A DNA stretch of 64,000 bases from the NCBI RefSeq assembly GCF_000143415.4, contig NW_003314265.1:1632446-1696445 (forward strand), given 5' to 3'. The position numbers and the translations under genes are program-made. Below are positions 1 to 10,210 of this stretch, in pieces. The notes below the pieces were generated by a model. It did not search any database. It worked only from the letters and a program-made list of their open reading frames with translations, and was not told where the DNA came from. Position 1 is the first letter of the stretch; each line of letters starts with the position of its first letter. Origin of the DNA: Selaginella moellendorffii. Lineage: Eukaryota; Plantae; Lycopodiophyta.

Positions 1-1735
1 CAATCTTTAGAACATGATTGACCTTTTGCATGATCTACTTAGAGAAAAATCCAAAACTTTAGATGTATACATTCAGTCTTCATAAAATTTACAATAAATT
101 TATAAATAAAATAATACAAATAAAAAATACCTTTGAACATTATCTAATTTTTTTTTACATTTATAATAAAATTCTAAGTGATTTAATCTATTATAATTTC
201 AATTATGCATCATAGATTTATTGAAGTTATAATATAAAAACCATTAAAAGTTGGTAAAAACTTTAAATTATAAAAAAATTTACTATCTACATAAAAATAT
301 ATAAAATATGGATTGCATAACTACAGTTATAACTATGTAAATAATTAATATAACTCAGTTTTTCCTTCTCTTAAAATAACAATATACGATACCCGTGACG
401 GGTAAAAAATATAATAAAAATCATGAAAAATATTATTATTGACCCCTTCTTTTACTACTTCTCAATCTATTTAAGCTCTGCCAAATAAAAAATAAAAAAA
501 ACTAACATAAATAGTGATGGCAATGAGAATTAAATTATACATGTTTCTTTGTCTACTTTTTACACATCAAAATTTTATTTAATAGTGAGAAGAAAGAACT
601 AAATAACACAAATGTTATTTAAATTTGTGAAGAGTTAACAAGGATTAATTATGTTTGGATTTTTACTATTGCAATTTGATTTATCTTAATTGTAAGCACT
701 AATACTTTTACTAATGTATTGACTAATTAATGCCTTAAAGTTCTTTCATTATAATTTGCAACTCTGATATGTTTGTTTTTATCTCCTCATTATTGGCTAA
801 TATTATGTTAGATTTACAATTCTTTAAAACATTTCATTATAACTTTGAAATTTAAAAATTAAATAAGGTTAATTGTTTTGAAATAAAAATTTAAAAATTG
901 GAGTAATTTTAAAATCATAATTCATTTAGTTAAAATTATAGTTCACTTAAAATCTTTATTGAAATATGAAATCTTAAAAAAAACTAAAATTATGCATATT
1001 ACACATTTCACATAAATTATGCTTTATGTATCTGTTACAAAAATTAAGAAATATTTTAACTTAAATATTTAAATATGTTTGATAGCTCATATATATGAAA
1101 AAAAAATGTTAGTATCTAAAACATATTTTGAAAATAGTTTTTTAAAGAAACTTATCTACACAATAATGAGATAAATTGAAATTGATATAGAAATTATACA
1201 TATTTTATGCTTTAGTAATTAAAAATTAGTTTTAATTTTTAAATTTAAAATTAATATATTAAATTCATCATTAATGTTATTACAATAAAATCAACAATAT
1301 AAAAAATGTAAGTGTAGAGATATTATTTTTTTTATTTTAATATGATAGTAGAAAAAGATGGAGAAAAAGGAGCTTAGTTTAACAAATCCACAACGCAATA
1401 AAAAAATTTTAAAAACATAACCAATTCAATTTATCTAAGTTAAAAGACCAAATAAATTATAACTAAAGTGATTTGAAGTTTACAAAATTAGTTATTAGTT
1501 TTTATATTACATTTTAACTAAGAGTACAATTTATTTTCCACAAATTAAGCCTTTGTTGCTTCCCTTTTTAAAAATTTTATGTGCAATTAAATATGATTTT
1601 ATTAAATTATGAAATTAAAATAACTTTCAATTAAAGTCAATATGTTTTTAATTTCTTATAATATTATTAATTTTTTGAATTTTAAAACACTTTATAAAAC
1701 AAATGTAATCAACAATATAAATGTCTATAATTATG
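1..1735. other. Very AT-rich non-coding tract, probably decayed repeat DNA
   Basis: Overwhelmingly A/T with no ORF in the track; abrupt switch to GC-rich genic DNA near 1.8 kb. Confidence 0.5.
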
Positions 1736-1856
1736 CATTTTGCTCAAAATGCTACACTTCTACACTATAAGAGCAATAGACTGTAAGAGCGATAGAGTTG
1801 GTAACTTTGGCTACCATCACTCGGCCAAAACGAGATTTTCAAACGAATATGCTATC

Positions 1857-1896
1857 AAAGCCCTAAACCCTAAACCTAGTGCCGACTTTAGGGTTT
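1857..1896. promoter_or_regulatory. Telo-box cluster upstream of CBF5
   Basis: AAACCCTAA at 1865-1873 and TTAGGGTTT at 1888-1896, just before ATG 1907; telo-boxes are typical of plant ribosome-biogenesis genes. Confidence 0.75.
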
Positions 1897-1906
1897 TTGA
1901 GAAGAA

Positions 1907-3652
1907 ATGGAGGCGCCGGAGAAGAAGAAGCGCAAGCGCTCCAAGGGCGAGGAAGTGGTGGCCGTGGCCCATGGAGAACTCGGAGGCGCCAGTGGCGCCG
2001 CCAGCCTCGGCGACGCGCAGGCAGGCACCGACTACCTCATCAAGCCGCAGTCGTTCGTGCCGTCGCTCGACACCTCCAAGTGGCCGCTGCTGCTCAAGAA
2101 CTACGACGCCCTCAACGTCCGCACGGGCCACTACACGCCGCTGCCCACGGGCTTCACGCCGCTCAAGCGCCCCCTCTTCGACTACGTGAGGTATGGTGTC
2201 ATCAATCTCGACAAGCCCTCCAATCCCTCTTCGCACGAGGTGGTGGCCTGGATCAAGCGCATTCTCCGAGTGGACAAGACCGGCCACAGCGGGACGCTGG
2301 ATCCCAAGGTCACCGGCAGCCTCATCGTGTGCGTGGATCGAGCGACGCGCCTCGTCAAGGCGCAGCAGGGAGCCGGCAAGCAGTACGTTTGCGTTGCGCG
2401 GCTCCACTCGGCGGTGGAGGACGTGGCCAAGGTTGCGCGGGGGCTGGAGACTCTCACCGGCGCGCTCTTCCAGAGGCCACCGCTCATCTCTGCCGTGAAG
2501 CGCCAGCTCCGGGTGAGGACCATCTACCAGAGCAAGCTCCTCGAGTTCGATGCGGACAAGCACTTGGTGGTGTTCTGGGTGGAGTGCGAGGCCGGAACTT
2601 ACATCCGGACGCTGTGCGTCCATCTCGGCTTGCTCCTCGGGGTCGGGGGACACATGCAGGAGCTCCGGAGGGTCCAGTCGGGGATCCTCGGCGAGAAGGA
2701 CAACTTGGTCACCATGCACGACGTCCTGGACGCGCAGTGGGTCTACGACAACTACAAGGATGAGAGCTACCTGCGGCGGGTGATCATGCCGCTCGAGGTT
2801 CTCCTCACGAACTATCCCCGGATCGTCGTCAAGGACTCGGCAGTGAACGCCATTTGCTACGGTGCCAAGCTCATGATCCCGGGGCTGCTCCGCTTTGACT
2901 CCAAGGTTGGAGTCGGCACCGAGGTGGTGCTCATGACCACCAAAGGCGAGGCCATCGCTCTGGGCATCGCGCAGATGAGCACGTCGGACATGGCGACGTG
3001 CGACCACGGCGTGGTGGCGAAGGTGAAGAGGGTGGTGATGGAGAGGGACACTTATCCCAGGAAGTGGGGGCTTGGGCCGAGAGCTTCCGCCAAGAAACAG
3101 ATGATCGCGTCCGGGCTGCTCGACAAGCATGGCAAGCCCAACGAGAAGACGCCGCAGGAGTGGCTGAGGAACCATCCTGCCGTTGGTACGTCTAGCGCAG
3201 CCGCCGCGGGAGGTGTGAAGATTAAGATCGAGACTGTGGATCTTCCTGTAGTAGCTGCTGGCAATGAAATGGCTATGGTGGGAGCAGCGGTGGCCATGGA
3301 GGACGGCGGGAAGAAGAAAGACAAGAAGAAGAAGGCTGTAGTGGAGAGCGCAGATGTGGAGATGGTAGACGCAGCCGATGGAGGAACGGAGAAGAAGAAG
3401 AAGAAAAAGAAGAGGGCAGAGGCCGAGGTCGAGGTCGAAGTGGAAGAAACTCCGACCTCCAGGAAGGAGAAGAAAAAGGTAAAGCAAGAACAGGAAGAAC
3501 AGGAGGCCGTGGAAGAAACTCCAAAGCAAGAGAAGAAGAAAAAGGAGAAGAAACACAAAGGCGAATCGAGCGAAGACGTTATAGTACTGGATTCAGAGCC
3601 GCCAACCTCGGAGAAGAAGAAAAAGAAGAAGAAAAGCGCGGAAGAAGAGTGA
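1907..3652 (+). CDS. CBF5: H/ACA snoRNP pseudouridine synthase subunit (dyskerin/NAP57/CBF5), intronless
   Basis: [17 protein letters not shown], catalytic [20 protein letters not shown] domain ([15 protein letters not shown]), [12 protein letters not shown], Lys/Glu-rich tail. Confidence 0.97.
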   Translation: MEAPEKKKRKRSKGEEVVAVAHGELGGASGAASLGDAQAGTDYLIKPQSFVPSLDTSKWPLLLKNYDALNVRTGHYTPLPTGFTPLKRPLFDYVRYGVINLDKPSNPSSHEVVAWIKRILRVDKTGHSGTLDPKVTGSLIVCVDRATRLVKAQQGAGKQYVCVARLHSAVEDVAKVARGLETLTGALFQRPPLISAVKRQLRVRTIYQSKLLEFDADKHLVVFWVECEAGTYIRTLCVHLGLLLGVGGHMQELRRVQSGILGEKDNLVTMHDVLDAQWVYDNYKDESYLRRVIMPLEVLLTNYPRIVVKDSAVNAICYGAKLMIPGLLRFDSKVGVGTEVVLMTTKGEAIALGIAQMSTSDMATCDHGVVAKVKRVVMERDTYPRKWGLGPRASAKKQMIASGLLDKHGKPNEKTPQEWLRNHPAVGTSSAAAAGGVKIKIETVDLPVVAAGNEMAMVGAAVAMEDGGKKKDKKKKAVVESADVEMVDAADGGTEKKKKKKKRAEAEVEVEVEETPTSRKEKKKVKQEQEEQEAVEETPKQEKKKKEKKHKGESSEDVIVLDSEPPTSEKKKKKKKSAEEE

Positions 3653-3974
3653 TCCTGGTTCTTCATTCCGCTTCTTTGCTGTGGAGCTAATCATCCTTTT
3701 GTAGTTTTATTTTATGACAGACCCGCTGCTGCGCCGATAAGAAATCATCCAGCCCAGCACAAGAGTATGTTTCATCTTTGCTTTAGTTTTCCAACGTTGT
3801 GGCCTTGCCTTCTTCAATCAGCTTCCGAGAGATCTAACTTAAGAGACGATATCAGAGACGATGAAAAGAAGAGTCCTCGATTTGTGAGGAGCTTTCGCTA
3901 CTTCTTGTAAGGTCCATTTGCCATTTGCAAGTCAGGCTAGAACAAAAAGAGTTGGTTTTTTCTTTTCTTGCTTC

Positions 3975-5082
3975 TTAGTCTCGATTCAAGCGGTAACTTC
4001 GTCCCCGGAATGCCGTCCCTTCGGCGGCGGATGGCGGGGCAGATGGAGGCGACTCTGCCTGTGGCTGCGGGCGGCTGCTACGATCTGGCTGCCGCGGGAC
4101 GCTGTGGATGATCCCATACTTGGCCAGAAGCTTGTGGCTGGAAAGTAAATCCAAAAGAGCTGGCGATCAAACCAAGAACGAGGAAAAGAGAAAGTCTTAC
4201 ACGAAGCGTGGAGCTCGAAGAAAGTCCCGTCCTCCCGACCGCGGGTAAAGAACAGTGAGGAAGTGATAGAGGTGGCCCATGACGATTCCCAGGAGGTCGT
4301 GGAGGAAGGAGCCTCCAAACATGGTGTTGATGAAGAGCATTGCCCATGGCACGTAGAACCCCTGGAAGGCGATGGATGGAGTGAGTGAAGAAGAAAGACG
4401 AGAAAGAAAGAGTGATTTTCACCTGGATTGTGACAAGGCCGAGCATGCTCACGCTGGCGTTTGGGAACTCGCGTGACCAGAGGTAGACGAGCATGAACAC
4501 GAGCACCGATCCCATGAACCAGAAGTTCAGGCTGGGAAACACGGTGGCGATGCCCTGCAAGAGAAGAAAATCGATGCCGAGACTCGAGAAAATAGATCAG
4601 TTCTTACCAGAAGAGTGAGCGCCGAGACGACCATCATCCACACGAACTGTCCCGTGCTAACGAATGATCTCTCGAGCTGGACACCGTAGCGTGCCCTGGA
4701 AACAACGAAGAGCGTGTGAATGGTAACAAAGCTTGAATGATCGATCACCCACAGCATTATCAGCTGGATCGCGAAGTTCATCGAGAAGGTCCCGAGGAAG
4801 AAGAAATTCGTAACGGCCCTCCATAGCTAAAACGAGAGCAAACAAAGCCAATCTAGCCAAGAAACAGCGATCTGACTCACCTGGAGCTTCTTGAATGCGA
4901 GCTCTGGCGAGAAGTAGAGAAGCATCCCACTGACAAGGCCCAATCGCTCCACGGTGGTGAGGAGCAAGCAAGTTGTGCCATAGAACTTGATAATCGGCGG
5001 CAGCGAGTGATAGAACCTGCACAAGCGAGTGGATCAAGCAATGGAGAGAACGAGGAGGAGCTCACTCTGCCGGTGAAGACAT
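3975..5082 (-). CDS. DER1: Derlin-1 (ERAD membrane protein), multi-exon
   Basis: Spliced protein begins MSSPAE|FYHSLPPIIKFYGT, contains ARYGVQLE and YLWSREFPNA, ends AFRGRSYRLNRD*; GT-AG introns (first 5065-5017). Confidence 0.92.
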
Positions 5083-5426
5083 GGACGCGAGAATTTTTAG
5101 GTCTTTCAAAACACTTAGGTTCGACCTACACACTCTGTTTTAAGAGAGACAGGTTCGAATCTCAAATTTAGGGCTTTACAGTAACGTTGACTATGTTGAC
5201 CACATGACCAGTGCTCAAATGCTCATATCCTCTCTCTTCCATTCTTAATAACAGTTAGCAAATTAAGATACTATATAATTAATGCTGGATGTTGGAGATC
5301 TCTGAAAGTCTATGATCCTTTTATATGATATTTCGATAATAGCAACGATTGCGACAAATGGAGCAGCATCTTCATGCTATGTATGGGTCGACTTTGTGAA
5401 GACTAATTAACCTTGCTTCATTGACA

Positions 5427-6736
5427 ATGGCATTGTGTTTGTTTGCGCTACTGGCCTTCGAATTTGTGATCTCCAGCCAAGGACTTCCCGGTGGATTTCA
5501 CCACAGAGCTCCTTTCAAGGCCAGCGGCCCCTACTCCATTGCCCATCGTGGAGCCAATGGGGAATTTCCTGAATCAACTGTTCCAGCGTTCAAGGTTCTC
5601 ACTTCTCTCGCGGTTGCCAAATCTATTCTTATCAGTGGTTTCTCTGCAGAGGGCAATACAAGAAGGCATAGACATCATTGAAACGGACATTGGAGCTACC
5701 AAGGATGGGTTCCTCATCTGCTTGCACGACACCACTCTGGACGCCATAACCGATGTTGCGCAACGCCCAGAGTTTGCAAGTAGAAGAGCAACCTATCCAG
5801 TGGAGGGCGAGAACATCACTGGTTTTTTTGCGGGTACTTTCTTGAGTCTCTTCTAGTTAAAATCTTTCTCGTCTGGAACAGTCGACTTCACCTTGGATGA
5901 GATCAAGTCCCTCCGTGTCCACCAGCGCTATGAGTTTAGGGATCAAGCTTACAATGGTAAGAGATCTGAAGTGTTCTCATAGAGCAAGTTTGCTTCTTTC
6001 AGGGATGTATCAAATACCAACATTCGAGGAGTACATTGCGATTGCATTGGAGGCACCCAGAGTTGTGGGCATTGATCCGGAGATAAAAAACCCAGTCTTC
6101 ATCAACAAGCATGTAAGCTCTAAGACGAAAATCACCCAAACTGCTACTCCATGTCTTTGATCTCTCAGGTGAAATGGCCGCACGGGAAGCTCTTCGAAGA
6201 CAAATACGTGGAAACACTGCTCAAGTATGGCTACAACGCACCGTATCTCTCCGAATCGTGGCTCCAGCAGCCGATTTTCATCCAATCCTTTGCACCACTC
6301 TCGATCCTGCGCGTTGCAAACCAGACCAAGTCGCCAAAGATCTTCAACATTGGCAGAGACACGGACCTCGCCCAAGACACACTCCAGCCGTACTCGGAGC
6401 TAAGCAGCGATGGATTTCATAAAATCGTACGTGGCGGGCATATCGATCGACAAGAACATCATAGCGCCCATAGACGAGACCACGGGGAGGCTCTCACCGC
6501 CGTCGGATATAGTGGACCGGGCGCACGTAAGAGGCCTCATGATCCATCCCGCCACCTTTCGCAACGAAGCCCAGTTCATGGCCAAAGACTTCCGGGCGGA
6601 TCCATACCGCGAGTTTGATTACTTCTTGCAGGGATTGCGAGTGGACGCTGTGATGACCGACTTCCCTTCCACTCTCACAAGCTATATGAATGCCATCGTC
6701 AAGAGCCCAGATCTATGGAAGAGCTGTGAAGTTTAG
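5427..6736 (+). pseudogene. Secreted glycerophosphodiester phosphodiesterase (GDPD) with frameshift near 6410
   Basis: Signal peptide, IAHRGANGEFPE, IETDI..TKDG..LHD, PEIKNP, FIQSF, DAVMTDFP; the last exon changes frame at ...ELSSD / MDFIKSYVAG with no room for an intron. Confidence 0.8.
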
Positions 6737-6800
6737 TTTGTCTCCAAGAAGAGCTGTGAAGTTTAGATGTTCTTTGTCTCCTGGATGAGCTGTGAAGTTT
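6718..6800. repeat. Three short direct repeats GAGCTGTGAAGTTT
   Basis: Copies at ~6721, ~6751 and ~6787, between the convergent GDPD and OTP51 stop codons. Confidence 0.8.
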
Positions 6801-6818
6801 CTTCTTTGCCTCCAAGAT

Positions 6819-9626
6819 CTATGGAAGGAAGTTTTGATCCTCGCTAAGATCGTCTTCTTTCTCACTATCAGTCTCTTCTCCAGAGCTACCGGGCCGGGAG
6901 AATGGATGTGTCGGCTCCGGGAGCTCGAGCACTTGCTCGGAGGTGGGCTCGATCTTGAGCAGAGGAATTAGCTCCGGGAGAACGTACTCGGCGACGAGCT
7001 TCCACAGCCACACCGCCGACTCGCTGCTAATCTCGAGGTAGTGCTTGCCACGCTCGTCTCGCATTATCCGGCACTGGATCCTCCTCTCGTACATGGCTTC
7101 CACCACCAGGCACAGCTCCTTGTGATCGTAAGCTTCCGCGTTGAAAACCATCGATCGGCCGTCCGGAGATCTATGACCCCCATACATGTACCAGTAGGCC
7201 AGCGTTAGCTCGGGGATCCACCGGTGAACCAAGCGCGGTATCTTTTGCTCCCCGTTCGGCCTGTACTGGTGGTAGTAGAAGTAGAACTTCACGTTTGGTG
7301 TCGTCTGGAAGTGGAGCTTCCTGCCTTGACCGCCGCTGTCCTCCACCACCTTGGGAGTCTCCACTGCCCAGTCCGTGAAGATCTCGTACAAGTTGTGTAT
7401 CAGAGCCTGGCCTTTGTAGCTCTCCGCGTCCTGCTCGAAGTGGATGCACGCACCGTTGTAGGACGCTGCGGTCATTCGCGTGCCCGCTAGCAGCACTCCC
7501 GCTAGGATCGCTCGCTGCGTGGACGTGAGCTTCGGTCTCACGTAGAGCTTCGCCTTTTCCACCCAGGTTGTCTTCACCGACGCCTCCACGTAAGGCTGGA
7601 ACTCTTCCGGTACAGGCTGCCGGTGCTCAGTCAGCAGCTTGAAGATCTCCTTGACTTTGTCCTTCCGGTCTGCCTTGCCGAATGCTCCCAGCATTATCCC
7701 GTGCGTCTTGAAGTCTGGCCTCAGGCACTTCCTCTCTATCATATTGTTGTAAAGCTCTTCGGCCTTGTCGAGGCGACCACTGTCGATGAATGCCTGGAGC
7801 TGTAAGTGGTAGGATTCCCTGTTTGGACGGCAGCCATGCTTGGACATGTACGCGTAGGTCGAGTCCACCTTGTCGAACTTGCCAAGCCTTGAGTACATGT
7901 CCATCACTGCGTTGAAAGCCGACTGCAAAGTTTGGAACTTGTAGAGGCTGGGGTGGAGCTTGCCTAGGAGCTCCTCCGTAGCTTCTACTTGGTCATTGCT
8001 AGCCATCACCTCGATGATGATCTTGAAGAGAGCAAACTTTGGAAAAGTCGGAGAGTTTTCCGTTTCCCTGAACAAGTCCATAGCTTTGCCAGGGAGACCT
8101 GCCTTGCCGTAAGCTTCCATGAGGGCTATGTAGTAGTGCCAGTCGAGCTCTTCCTGCGTTTCTTTCAGCTGCTCGAAGAGCTTCTCGGCTTTGACATAGT
8201 TGCCACTCTTGGAGCACACCCGGATAAGTGCTCCAAAGATCAACGGAGAGAGCTCCAGACCCTGTGACTTCATGTCGTCAACTAGAAACTGGACTCGTGC
8301 TTCGTCTCCCTTCACGGCGTGGATGATCACTAGAGTCTCGTACATCTCTGTCGTGCACGGAAGATTACACTCCCGGATGCTGTTGAAGACGGCATTAGCT
8401 CTGTCGGCCCACCTCAAGCTCGCCTTCCCACTCTCCGTCAAAAACTTGAAGAGCGAGTGCTTGACAATCGCCGGGGGTTCGTATCCTCCAAACTCTCTCA
8501 TCCGGTTGTAGAGCTTCCAAGCCTCGTCGACGTATTTGTATCTGCCATCCTGTAAATAAGACTTGATGAGAGTGCTGTAGGTGGATTCCTTGGGAACATA
8601 AGCGTACTGGATGATGATATCAAACAAGTCCCGAGCTCTTCCGACTTTTCCCGTCTGGCCGAGTAGCTCGGACATCCTGCTGGCGAGCTGAAAGTCGAGA
8701 ACGAACCATGGACGCTGCTGCGACCACTTGAAAACCTGATCAAAATGGTGTGATCGAAGGAACAAAGGAAGGAAAACACGTACCCTGTGAGCTCGAATGA
8801 AGTGATCGATGCTGAGAAGCCGATGGCACACGATGGATATGTCCTTGTTATGTAACCATTTCACCTGCGAGTTTAAGATCTTCACGGTTTGCATGGAGTC
8901 CAGGCGAGGAATCTCGGTGCACAGCCAGTGTATTCTTTTTCTCTTCCACTCCTCGTTGAGATAAACGCTCTCATCCAAGTCGGCGTCCAGCTTCGCTAGC
9001 TCTGCCGCTCTGGCCTTCTTCTTCTCCAAAACTTTGACTCTCCAGTGCTCGATCGGGTGGCCATAGATGGTGGTCGGATAAGCAGGAATTTGCTTCACGG
9101 CACACGCTGGAGCCTCGTCCGGAAAATCACCCTCGTCTCTCTCGGCGGTGCTATCACTGGAGCGTTCTACAACAGCACTCTTTGGAGGAGCATCATTCAA
9201 GGACGAGAGAATTTTCGTCGCTCTCCCAATCTCGTTCTCCCTCCTCGAGAATCTAATGTCCGATTCTCGCGGATTTCCATACGGTGGGAGCTGCTGGAGC
9301 CTCTTCCTCGGCTTCCTGGGTGTCCTCTTCGGGTCCTTGAATGGCACACCTCCTTCTTCCACAGCTCCGCCAGCATCTCTATCACTAAATTCCCGTCCTC
9401 TATCGCCTCCATTCCCTCTCTCCCAGAAATCACTGCCCCAGGGAACCCGCTGCGGCCGGTTGCGAAATCCCTGGCCAGGAACCGAGACGTCGCTGCTGCT
9501 CCGCGCTGGAAATTCCGCGGCCGCTGTCGCGAGGAGGCACTTACCACGGATCGATGTGTAGCAGCCAGCGCGCTTGGCAAGAATCGATGTCATCGACGGC
9601 ATTGCGACGAGGCCATTGCACGACAT
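6819..9626 (-). CDS. OTP51: Plastid PPR protein with C-terminal LAGLIDADG-like domain (OTP51-like splicing factor)
   Basis: Transit-peptide-like N-terminus, tandem P-type PPR motifs, LTSTQRAILAGVLLAG and KIPRLVHRW...LAYWYMYGG; first ATG 9626 (track start 9647 is TTG); probable 48-nt in-frame intron 8736-8783. Confidence 0.88.
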   Translation of the reverse strand: MSCNGLVAMPSMTSILAKRAGCYTSIRGKCLLATAAAEFPARSSSDVSVPGQGFRNRPQRVPWGSDFWERGNGGDRGREFSDRDAGGAVEEGGVPFKDPKRTPRKPRKRLQQLPPYGNPRESDIRFSRRENEIGRATKILSSLNDAPPKSAVVERSSDSTAERDEGDFPDEAPACAVKQIPAYPTTIYGHPIEHWRVKVLEKKKARAAELAKLDADLDESVYLNEEWKRKRIHWLCTEIPRLDSMQTVKILNSQVKWLHNKDISIVCHRLLSIDHFIRAHRVRVFLPLFLRSHHFDQVFKWSQQRPWFVLDFQLASRMSELLGQTGKVGRARDLFDIIIQYAYVPKESTYSTLIKSYLQDGRYKYVDEAWKLYNRMREFGGYEPPAIVKHSLFKFLTESGKASLRWADRANAVFNSIRECNLPCTTEMYETLVIIHAVKGDEARVQFLVDDMKSQGLELSPLIFGALIRVCSKSGNYVKAEKLFEQLKETQEELDWHYYIALMEAYGKAGLPGKAMDLFRETENSPTFPKFALFKIIIEVMASNDQVEATEELLGKLHPSLYKFQTLQSAFNAVMDMYSRLGKFDKVDSTYAYMSKHGCRPNRESYHLQLQAFIDSGRLDKAEELYNNMIERKCLRPDFKTHGIMLGAFGKADRKDKVKEIFKLLTEHRQPVPEEFQPYVEASVKTTWVEKAKLYVRPKLTSTQRAILAGVLLAGTRMTAASYNGACIHFEQDAESYKGQALIHNLYEIFTDWAVETPKVVEDSGGQGRKLHFQTTPNVKFYFYYHQYRPNGEQKIPRLVHRWIPELTLAYWYMYGGHRSPDGRSMVFNAEAYDHKELCLVVEAMYERRIQCRIMRDERGKHYLEISSESAVWLWKLVAEYVLPELIPLLKIEPTSEQVLELPEPTHPFSRPGSSGEETDSEKEDDLSEDQNFLP

Positions 9627-9659
9627 TCTCCCCGGAGAGCATAGCAAAGCCCTAAACCC

Positions 9660-10210
9660 ATGGAACTCTCATGCACAGGAATCGAACCCATACAAGTTTG
9701 CAACCTTGATTACATCCTTGAGCAAACTCTTGAAGCTCTTCCACAGGAAGCTTAGCAGCGACGATGGCGATCGTCCAGAAAACCTCGTCAAAGTTTAAGT
9801 CAGTGGCTCTGGCTTCCATGTCCTTGACATCTCTCAAGTTTTCTTTTATCTTTGAACAACTGGGAGGGCGTGGAGCTCAAACTTGAAACCAGCTGGTGTG
9901 ATGGTTTTGTTTGTTTTCTTATCTCGATAAATTGTCGTCTGAGGTCCACAAAGTGCGCATTGCTATTTTAGACAGCCTTTCTCCCGATCTACAGGTCGGA
10001 TGTGTTCTCTGCGTTCATCCTCCATGGTGAGGAAAATTGCTGGCTGTGAAACAATCTCTAATTCTGTGTGTTTTTACTGCCTAGGCATGAAGTAGCGAGT
10101 GTAAGTGGACATGGAAGAGTACTTCTTGTTCCTCGCTTTGAGCTCTTGGCTTAAAAGGATGTGGATTTCCCTTGAGAGTACAGTTGCATTGCATCTGAAC
10201 TATCTTTTGC
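9660..10210 (+). pseudogene. Relic of an unidentified gene, repeated at ~40970-41240 and ~56520-56900
   Basis: Near-identical blocks (e.g. ttcatcctccatggtga..aaaattgctgg...gagagtacagttgcat) in three places, with splice-like GTAAGT/TAG sites; no intact ORF. Confidence 0.45.

Noticed and set aside
1907-3652. CBF5 as a retrogene because it lacks introns
   Set aside because: Intronless CBF5/NAP57 is not unusual in plants; no poly(A) or TSD seen and telo-boxes are present
1740-3666. Long overlapping/antisense ORFs (579 aa, 294 aa, 204 aa) over CBF5
   Set aside because: Shadow ORFs of a GC-rich, low-complexity coding sequence; no recognisable domains
3653-3974. snoRNA next to CBF5
   Set aside because: No convincing C/D or H/ACA box arrangement; the space is accounted for by two convergent 3' UTRs
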